From an uncultured delta proteobacterium (GTDB taxonomy: Bacteria > Desulfobacterota > Desulfobacteria > Desulfobacterales > Desulfatirhabdiaceae): a DNA stretch of 64,000 nt. The notes under the pieces were generated by a model, which ran no database searches, was not told the DNA's origin, and saw only the letters and a list, made by a program, of their open reading frames with translations. The DNA lies in assembly GCA_963789395.1 (NCBI GenBank), contig CAWBKP010000014.1:256001-320000 (forward strand), in the 5' to 3' direction. Both the position numbers and the translations under genes were made by a program. The number at the start of each line of letters is the position of its first letter. The first letter of the stretch is position 1. Shown one piece after another: positions 43,395-50,586 of this stretch.

Positions 43395-43473
43395 ATGGAA
43401 CATAAGCATGAGACGCTCAGGGAGCCGTGCTTGGCAGGGTTCCCTGAGTCGCTTCTCCATGCGACTGTTGGGC
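43395..43473 (-). mobile_element. Integron attC-like site (79 bp)
   Basis: Minus strand GCCCAAC-AGTCGCATGGAGAAGCGACTCAGGGA...TCCCTGAGCGTCTCATGCTTAT-GTTCCAT: perfect RYYYAAC, long bulged stem, GTT end. Confidence 0.7.
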
Positions 43474-44109
43474 TTTTTCTTGTCCGGTGACTGTAGCTAT
43501 CGGAATCAGAATTTCGTTCCGTCTCAAGAACCATGGCATAAAGGGGGGATTGTATCGAGCCCATATGGGATCGCCCACAATGGTAAAGCCCATTCTGTGA
43601 ATCCATGACTCCAGTTCAATCTTGTGCTGTAGATAGCCCTTCTCGCTCCAGAAACCTGAGTAGCGTACTGCGGCCATCCGTCGAGCTGGAACCTGACGCA
43701 ATGTGACCTTTGGATCCACTGGTTCTGGAAGAGTTCTCAGAGTGTATGAGCCTGGCATCATGAAGCTTACAGCCCAGCTTTCCTTGACACGCTGCTGTGC
43801 TACGGGAGCCGTCATCTTGATCTTTTCCCCCATTGGCTCTTGGGATACAGGAGCCGTCATCGCCATTTTGTCGCCTGACCGATTGTTGCCGGAGATATAG
43901 CTAAAAAGTATTTTGAAGGCCTTGCTGCCAGCATCTTCCAGATTTCCTTCCACAACTGTTTCGGCGAGGATGTGGGCTGCATATTCACGGATCTCGAACA
44001 CGTTGTCTTTTTTTATCACTTCGTACTTAGCTTCTTCGATGGCCATGGCATCTACCGCTCCAATTATTATGAGCGCTGTTACAAATGTAATTCGCAAAAA
44101 ATGTCTCAT
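43417..44109 (-). CDS. SOUL heme-binding family protein
   Basis: Signal peptide, E...YEV, EIREY, L..YISGNN, MTAPV (twice), FMMP, ARYNPPF.PWFLRRNEI. Confidence 0.9.
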   Translation of the reverse strand: MRHFLRITFVTALIIIGAVDAMAIEEAKYEVIKKDNVFEIREYAAHILAETVVEGNLEDAGSKAFKILFSYISGNNRSGDKMAMTAPVSQEPMGEKIKMTAPVAQQRVKESWAVSFMMPGSYTLRTLPEPVDPKVTLRQVPARRMAAVRYSGFWSEKGYLQHKIELESWIHRMGFTIVGDPIWARYNPPFMPWFLRRNEILIPIATVTGQEKAQQSHGEATQGTLPSTAP

Positions 44110-44142
44110 TACTAAAGCCCCTGATGGCTTACATCAATGTTT

Positions 44143-44201
44143 GCCCGGCACAGAGTTCAGCCGCGCGTGTTTCGATCCGGCTGGATTGACTGATTGTGGG
44201 C
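44143..44201 (-). mobile_element. Degenerate attC-like site (59 bp)
   Basis: Minus strand GCCCACAATCAGTCAATCCAGCCGGA...CGGCTGAACTCTGTGCCGGGC. The inner TCCAGCCG/CGGCTGA arms are typical, but the AAC and GTT boxes are mutated. Confidence 0.45.
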
Positions 44202-44387
44202 AGCGTGCTCGTCATCTGTTGATCTGATGAATGGACAATAGGTCAGGTACTTGCTGCATGTCATATACACGCTCCGTCCAAGAGCCTTGGCAATAGCCTC
44301 GGTCAACTCCACAATGCCTTTCAACATCAGGGTCTCGTTACGTTGGCTTCAAGATTTCTGGAATATGATACCGGAACTTGCCCTCGG

Positions 44388-45431
44388 TTACATGATATGC
44401 ACTGTGATCGCGTGCTCCTCGACGCCATTGTTCCCGTACCCAAGCACATTCCAATCCGCGTTCATAGGTTGCGGGTTCCCCTGCGAATCGATCGCCCGGG
44501 ACATCAGCGTGAAATCCCCTTTTTCACCGACTTCCCAGATGTACTGCCATTGGCGCCAGGCAAATGCTTCATGAGGACCGATAAATTGGGCATCCGCCCA
44601 ACTCTTTCCTTCGTCAAACGATACCTCAACACGTTCCACATCGGATTCCCCTGCATAGGCCGCACCGAGTATGACGATGGTACCGACGCCCAGCTCTTGG
44701 CCATTCAGCGGCTGGGTGATGAACGACTTCGTTTTCAGCTTTGTAACAACCTCGCCGGACTTGGGATCCTGCTCCTTTTGAAAGATGCGGTAAACACTGT
44801 CCATAAAGAATCCGTCACAGGGACGATCCAGTACATTGATCTTCCGGAGCCACTTGACGCAATTGGCTCCCGTCCAGCCCAAAGCCAACGCCCTCAGGGG
44901 ATACCCGTGTTTCAACGGCAGTGGTTCCCCGTTCATCTCATAGGCAAGAAGCGTGGAAGACATGGCCTTCTCAATGGGAATGCTTCGGATGAATTTGATA
45001 CCCGCTGAGCCAAGAGGTTGGTCCTGCCCTTCGAAACTCACATGTTTTGCACTGCGCTTCAATCCGGCTTTTCCCAAAATATCCCGCAGCCAGACACCTC
45101 CATAAATAGCATTCCCGACCCCTCCGACGGTCCAAGGATTGCCTTTTGCCTTCTCCCTGAGCAGAGAGCGACCATTGCCGGAACATTCAAAGGTATTGGC
45201 AACAATAGCCTTGGGCATTCGAAGGATCTGGTCCATGGTCATCTGCAGCGGATTCTCAACCTCCCCGTCAATCGATAACTCCCACTTTTCCATGGAGACA
45301 GGTTCATCTGGAATGGCGCCCTGATTTCGCTTAAAAAATACGGAATTGGCGGTGATCCACGACCGCAGGGATTCGACCGGGGTTTCGGCGTTCAGTGGTT
45401 TTTCGGTCATGACACGCATCTTTTCATCCAT
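44388..45431 (-). CDS. Sulfite oxidase-family molybdopterin oxidoreductase
   Basis: PLNAETP, FF.RN, ECSGNGR, F.RSIP, AYEMNGEPLP..HGYPLR, VKWL, RAID..GN.QP, WN..GY.NN. Confidence 0.92.
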   Translation of the reverse strand: MDEKMRVMTEKPLNAETPVESLRSWITANSVFFKRNQGAIPDEPVSMEKWELSIDGEVENPLQMTMDQILRMPKAIVANTFECSGNGRSLLREKAKGNPWTVGGVGNAIYGGVWLRDILGKAGLKRSAKHVSFEGQDQPLGSAGIKFIRSIPIEKAMSSTLLAYEMNGEPLPLKHGYPLRALALGWTGANCVKWLRKINVLDRPCDGFFMDSVYRIFQKEQDPKSGEVVTKLKTKSFITQPLNGQELGVGTIVILGAAYAGESDVERVEVSFDEGKSWADAQFIGPHEAFAWRQWQYIWEVGEKGDFTLMSRAIDSQGNPQPMNADWNVLGYGNNGVEEHAITVHIM

Positions 45432-45865
45432 CTCAGGCCCTCCTTTCAAAAAGTTCTATACTGAAACGCCCCGCCGGGATCGGGCCACGCCAACATCTTG
45501 ATCATTCGAAATATATTTCCCGGAAATTGGTGTTTTCAGGGCCTATCTTGTCTTTTTCCATCTTAAAAAGAGACTTATAGGGTGCAGCATCCCCCCGGAG
45601 GTAAAACCCCTCACAGCCCTCTTTCTTAAGGCATCGGTGTGTGATACGCTATATGTATACCGGAATAAAATGTCTCTTTGCTCTCGCCATAAGCATTGAG
45701 AGAAAAATGCTCTTTTTGCCCTCGAAAACCTCAATATAGGCCTGTTTTGAAGGGCAGAATTTACAATTATTCTCTAAACTTCAGGTAGTTTCCGGGGCCC
45801 GACCCCATCTGGACCGCCCATCTGACCATCTGGAGGATGAGAATTTTAAAAACTTACTTTTTTAC

Positions 45866-46828
45866 CTACGTCCCTTTAAGGCCCTGAATAAAATCCACAG
45901 TTCGAAATTCTGACCAGTATTTGCCGCTGATACGACGGTTTATAAACCCAATATGCCCGCCATATTCAGGCACTTCAAAATAGATACAGGGATTTTTTCT
46001 CTGATGATAAGGGTAACAAGACGGCCCGAGAAAAGGGTCATCCTTGGCATTGACAATCAGGCTCGGAACTCGGATACGCCCCAAAAGTGGACCGCAGCTG
46101 CATTTTGTCCAATAATCCTCGGCACTTTTAAACCCGTGAATTGGTGCGGTATACCGGTCATCATAGGCTTTAAAATCCTTAATTTGATCAAAGTCCCGAT
46201 CATTGATTTGATCTGGAAAAAACACCATTTTCTCCTTGACCTTTCGATGGAGCATCCTCAAAAATCGTTTCATATAAATCGTGTTTGAAACACGAGATAA
46301 CTGCATGGAGGCATCCTCCAAATCGACCGGCACAGAGAAGGCAACCGACCCTTTCAGTTGAGGATGGACCTGCTCGCACTGTTGTCCTAGATAGAGCAAG
46401 TTCAGGTTTCCGCCCATACTAAATCCTATCAGGACGATTTTTTCGTATCCTTTTGCAATCGTATGCTGGATAACCAAGTCTAGATCGTCTGTGCAGCCAT
46501 TGTGGTACATCCGTAACTGCCGATTCGTCTCTCCGCCACAAGTCCGGTAGTTCCATGCGAGACAATCAATCTGATCTTCGTTAAGCGCCTTTACCATTCC
46601 CTTTACATAGGCCCGCTGGCTGTCCCCCTCTAATCCGTGGGATATTACAGCCAAAAGCTGTCCCCCAGAGCAGGACCAGTCCAGATCCAAAAAATCATTA
46701 TCTGGCGTCTGGATACGTTCTCGTTTGTAACAAACGCCGCTTACCTTTCGGAAGACTGTTGGAAAAATGGTTTGGATATGCCCGTTCCGGAACCACAGTG
46801 CCGGTTTATAATCGGAAGAACTTGCCAT
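45866..46828 (-). CDS. YheT-like alpha/beta hydrolase
   Basis: NGHIQT, HGLEG, GFSMGG nucleophile elbow, DDPF, GGHIGF. Confidence 0.9.
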   Translation of the reverse strand: MASSSDYKPALWFRNGHIQTIFPTVFRKVSGVCYKRERIQTPDNDFLDLDWSCSGGQLLAVISHGLEGDSQRAYVKGMVKALNEDQIDCLAWNYRTCGGETNRQLRMYHNGCTDDLDLVIQHTIAKGYEKIVLIGFSMGGNLNLLYLGQQCEQVHPQLKGSVAFSVPVDLEDASMQLSRVSNTIYMKRFLRMLHRKVKEKMVFFPDQINDRDFDQIKDFKAYDDRYTAPIHGFKSAEDYWTKCSCGPLLGRIRVPSLIVNAKDDPFLGPSCYPYHQRKNPCIYFEVPEYGGHIGFINRRISGKYWSEFRTVDFIQGLKGT

Positions 46829-47095
46829 TTTCAGTTGATAGGTTGAATACGTTTTTTGGGTTCTTTTTTGAAAACAAAATATTCAAAGGTCACAATAACC
46901 GAATATTGAAAAGCAACCATGGTGCCGAAGAAGGTATAACGGGAACGTCTGCGGCTTGCCAGCAGGAAGTTCTTGTTGGGTTTTAATCTCTTAAACTGGT
47001 TCCTCGCTGTTTTGGATGGGTATGTTTACACGAACCTGCATGGCGATATAACTTCATATTCAGAAAGTACTCTTTTTCCGCTGAAGTATCTTTCT

Positions 47096-47136
47096 GGTAT
47101 CCTTAAGAAAATCGGGCCGTAAATATTTCACGTTAG
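47096..47136 (-). repeat. Module-border repeat, copy 6 of 6, interrupted by the group II intron (last 6 bp at 47917-47922)
   Basis: GGTAT CCTTA AGAAAA TCGG GCCGTAAATA TTTCACG TTAG | intron | GTTGAC. Confidence 0.75.
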
Positions 47137-47916
47137 GTCGAGTAGACTGGGGCCTCCCGTGGCTATAGGCTGAAGTTTGTATTCTCTGTTTGCCGCCTGG
47201 TTTCCCGGCGGTGCCACGAGATCACAGCCATACCTTCAGTTGTTCTCCAGTCCCTCTGCAGATCCGGGCAAGCGGATTTCCCATACATCCGGCTCTTCGA
47301 TCAATTATTCAGATCGCTTCTAAACTACGATGCGGACTTTGGGCCTCCACCTCGCATTAAAGATAACCATCTCTTATCCGTGTCAGGTCAGTGCTCACCG
47401 ATTCTCACTCTTTGCATAGTGTCGATGTTTTCCCCTTTCACGGGCAATTGACCGTGGAGACCTTCGCTCAGCGGGAATGAGCCGCTTCATTGCTAAACCA
47501 TTGCGGTCGTACCGGTCTCCATCCCTCGCATCGGCGCCTTTTTGGCCGCCTTCTTTTACGTTGGTCGGCCATACTCGGTTACTATCCCTACGATCAGGGA
47601 CAATTCGCCAAGGGCCTTTGGGTTGTTTTCCGATGCTCGCCTGGTTACTCCATCGTCGTTGCCATGCTCGATGCTGTCTGCGACCCCGGGGTGTCGGTCG
47701 GCACTCGTCTCTATCGCACCTTCCGTTTTGCCTGCGCCTGTTATCAAGGGATCGGCACTTTCCCAATAATTCATATTCTCGGGGCTATGTGTCAGATTCA
47801 GGGCATACACCCTTCACCTCGCTTGACTCATGCACCTCCCTTTAATTGGGTACACTACCGGGCGGTTGACTAAACCTTACCCGGGAGGCCCTATGCTTTC
47901 GCATTCCCCTCGCAAC
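47137..47916 (-). mobile_element. ORF-less group II intron (intron-encoded RT almost fully deleted)
   Basis: Domain V GAGCCGGATGTATGGGAAATCCGCTTGCCCGGATC (47261-47295, AGC triad); long domain VI ending CTACTCGAC; domain III GGAGACC...TAGCAATGAAGCGG...CCGCTGAGCGAAGGTCTCC; domain II stem GCATCGG/CCGATGC; 5' end GTTGCG (boundary less certain). Domain IV is only about 150 nt and contains GTG-STDLTRI. Confidence 0.88.
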
Positions 47917-48005
47917 GTTGACCCAGAGCCAGGTTCAAACGATAACATATCTTTGAGACCGGTTTTTCGTATGTGTTTGTCACAGGAAAAAGCGAGGAAC
48001 CATTT

Positions 48006-49367
48006 TTAATTCGCATAAGGTTTTGCATACATTTCCGCTTTTTTGACTCCGTTTCCGATTGCTTGCTGTTTCCACCATTGTCCACCCAGTTTTGTAAAAA
48101 TCCAACGCCAGACCTCAAACGGAACTATCGGTATTGGGTTTTTTGAAATAAGGGTTTGTGCATCGAGAGAAACAAACCTTCCATTAGCCAAATCCATACC
48201 AGTTTTATTCAACCCCTCGATTACATGTTTAATAGGAGGTCCCTTACGTTTTCTTTCAGTGAATTCCTGCCCTCCTCCAATAGCTTCACCAGCTCCCATT
48301 GCTAAAGCTCCTGCCCAAGAAATGCCACATAGATCAGCAAAAAAACGGCAAATATTTAATGCCAAAGCATTTTGATAAAATTCAGGAAATCCATTGTTTA
48401 TAATAGTAAAGATTTTCTGAGGCTTTTTAACCGGCAACGTTTTTTTATGCTGAGCAATAATTTCTAGAGCTTTGGTCACAAGGTAAGGTAATGCATCAAT
48501 ATAAAGGGGAAAGGCCAATATGATCAAATCAGAACAATCTACTGCCGAACATAATTCATTTTGCCCCTTTTCCCTACGCAGATTTCCTTTCAATTTCAAC
48601 ACCTCAGTCTTCCAACCATCTGATTTTAATATTTCTATCAAATATTCACCTAATATGCTTGATGTGGAACGATGTTTTATTTTCGGACTACCTACTATTA
48701 GTAGTGCATTTCGAGCTACTTCCTGCTTATTATTAAAAGGCGTTATATCTGCTTTTGGGAAAAAGGATTTAATGTCTTTACCAACAGGAAAAGCATCTGA
48801 TCGTGAAATAATGCTTTTTAATCGCTTATTCAGCGTTTCGTTATTTTCATTGATACAAATCACATCAGCAGCAAACGAAGGGGCATGAAAATTGATTGCA
48901 TTACGCCCCACCAGTGTTTTAAAAAGTTCGGCTTCTGCTTTTACGAAGTTCCGCTGGACCCCGATCCCAACTAACCGAGGATAAGTTGAGTAGCGTGGTT
49001 TGTGATGAATTTCTCCATAGTATTTGCCGAAAAATGGCAAAACCATTGGTATAAACCGATCAACAATAATTTTAAGTGTTGATGAATACCCGCCATAAGT
49101 CACTGGAGTAAAAAGAATTATCATATCACTTCGGATAATGGTTTGAATTATCTCTCTTCCTTCATCAGGAGCTACACAAATTCCAGGTGTTTTGATCCAA
49201 CATCCAAAACATCCCGAACAATGGGCCAACTTGATATCTTTTAAGTGATAACATTTCACATCAGCATGATCATAATCGAGTATACCGGTCAGTACGGAGA
49301 AAGAATTTGCTAAATAATCGTCCCCGCTTCCAGTACCATCTAAAATAACAATCTTTTTTTTTGACAT
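48006..49367 (-). CDS. Tandem flavodoxin-fold NAD(P)H-dependent oxidoreductase
   Basis: CSGCFGCW.KTPG.C, TPVTYGGYSS, second domain GSPK...FPLYIDALP, NGFPE; visibly AT-rich. Confidence 0.85.
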   Translation of the reverse strand: MSKKKIVILDGTGSGDDYLANSFSVLTGILDYDHADVKCYHLKDIKLAHCSGCFGCWIKTPGICVAPDEGREIIQTIIRSDMIILFTPVTYGGYSSTLKIIVDRFIPMVLPFFGKYYGEIHHKPRYSTYPRLVGIGVQRNFVKAEAELFKTLVGRNAINFHAPSFAADVICINENNETLNKRLKSIISRSDAFPVGKDIKSFFPKADITPFNNKQEVARNALLIVGSPKIKHRSTSSILGEYLIEILKSDGWKTEVLKLKGNLRREKGQNELCSAVDCSDLIILAFPLYIDALPYLVTKALEIIAQHKKTLPVKKPQKIFTIINNGFPEFYQNALALNICRFFADLCGISWAGALAMGAGEAIGGGQEFTERKRKGPPIKHVIEGLNKTGMDLANGRFVSLDAQTLISKNPIPIVPFEVWRWIFTKLGGQWWKQQAIGNGVKKAEMYAKPYAN

Positions 49368-49579
49368 TTTCTTTGGTTCCTCGCTGTCAAAAGTGGGTGG
49401 TTGCAAAAACTCATGAGGGCTTGAAATGTCAAGGATACTAATTGCATAGTTGACTTATCATCGGGGAATTGCCAATTCCGAGCTATTAACACATTAACTC
49501 AACATTACTCTAAGATAGGATCTTTACTTATGTCAATTAGAAGTTTGGAATCTGCTGATTTAATTGTTGATACGGTCAT

Positions 49580-49710
49580 CTATCCGTATTGTGATGTCGA
49601 GTTGAAGGAGGCAACTGTACATTCATTCACATCGATTTTCCTGGCCAGTTCCTTTATGGACATGAAATTTTCCAAGCGTGTAGCGCGGAATTTGTCTCCG
49701 AAGCAGATCG
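49580..49710 (-). pseudogene. Remnant of an XRE-type helix-turn-helix gene
   Basis: FGDKFRATRLENFMSIKELARKIDVNECTVASF resembles an HTH_3 domain; no proper start. Confidence 0.4.
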
Positions 49711-49737
49711 ATACGAAATGCGGTTGTTCGCGGATTG

Positions 49738-50571
49738 CTACAGGACGAGCATTAAAATTCTGAGCCCCACCAGGCCAAGCGCCAGGGAAAGACCGCGGAT
49801 GATCCATTCTCCCTTGATCCGCTCCGATAAACGTGCGCCCAACTGTGCGCCGATAACAACCCCGATCGCAAGTGAAACGGTCATGTGAACCCCTTGGTGG
49901 AACGTTCCTTTGGCGATGTGCACGATAGTTCCGGTCAGTGCCATGATCGCCAGGACAAAATGGGATGTCGCCGTAGCAATATGGACGGGAAACCCCAGGA
50001 AATAGGACAGTATCGGCACATGGATGATTCCGCCACCGATACCCAGAAAACTGGAAGCATACCCGACAAAAATACTCAACACCACCCCAGAATACGGGTT
50101 GAAGGTATATTCATAGACGATGCCATGCGAATCCACGATTCTGCGGGACATCTTGAAGCGCAAGTCGCAGGGCTCCTTGCAGGTTGCTTTTGGCAAACCG
50201 GATCGGAACATCAGGAAAATGGAAGCTGCGATCAGGAGCACACTGAAAATGATGTCAAAAAGTCGTCTGGGCACCAGGGAGGTGTTCAATGCACCGAGAA
50301 TGGCTCCCGGAATGGTGGCAAGCGCAAACAGAAAACCGGATTTATAGTCGATCCGCTTCATCAGGCCGTAAGCCTCGGAACCCGACACGGCATTAAAAAA
50401 TACCACGGCAAGCGAAATACTCGTCAACAGCTCAGGAGACCGATCCGGAAAGAGCAGGAGCAGAATCGGCATCAACACAAACCCGCCGCCGGCGCCGATC
50501 AATGTACCATAAGCGCCGACGCCAAAACCCATGGCTATCAATTCCAGATATTTTTCTAAGGGGAAGGTCAT
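49738..50571 (-). CDS. TauE/SafE (TSUP) sulfite-exporter family permease
   Basis: GAGGGF..P and GIGGGII.VP repeats, ATATSHF. Confidence 0.9.
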   Translation of the reverse strand: MTFPLEKYLELIAMGFGVGAYGTLIGAGGGFVLMPILLLLFPDRSPELLTSISLAVVFFNAVSGSEAYGLMKRIDYKSGFLFALATIPGAILGALNTSLVPRRLFDIIFSVLLIAASIFLMFRSGLPKATCKEPCDLRFKMSRRIVDSHGIVYEYTFNPYSGVVLSIFVGYASSFLGIGGGIIHVPILSYFLGFPVHIATATSHFVLAIMALTGTIVHIAKGTFHQGVHMTVSLAIGVVIGAQLGARLSERIKGEWIIRGLSLALGLVGLRILMLVL

Positions 50572-50586
50572 GTTGCAAAATTCCTT

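Noticed and set aside
45800..45835. Three short CCATCTG(G)A repeats
   Set aside because: Too short and irregular to assign a function; could be an assembly stutter.
16446..47136. Border repeats as a CRISPR array or as DnaA-box pairs (TTATCCAAA / TATTCACA)
   Set aside because: Spacing is kilobases and irregular, and there are no cas genes. The DnaA-like matches are imperfect and absent from several copies, and codon-like variation fits a gene tail better.
47010..47136. Imperfect palindrome read as an attC targeted by a IIC-attC intron
   Set aside because: The AAC box is absent, the intron domain V is not of the IIC type, and the segment is better explained as copy 6 of the border repeat.
47395..47873. 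ORFs of 75-127 aa on both strands inside the intron
   Set aside because: No RT motifs; they overlap structured ribozyme domains.
49530..49763. ORF starting MSIRSLESADLIVDTVIY, faintly like the N-terminus of SRA-domain restriction enzymes
   Set aside because: The similarity covers about ten residues and then runs antisense into the HTH remnant.
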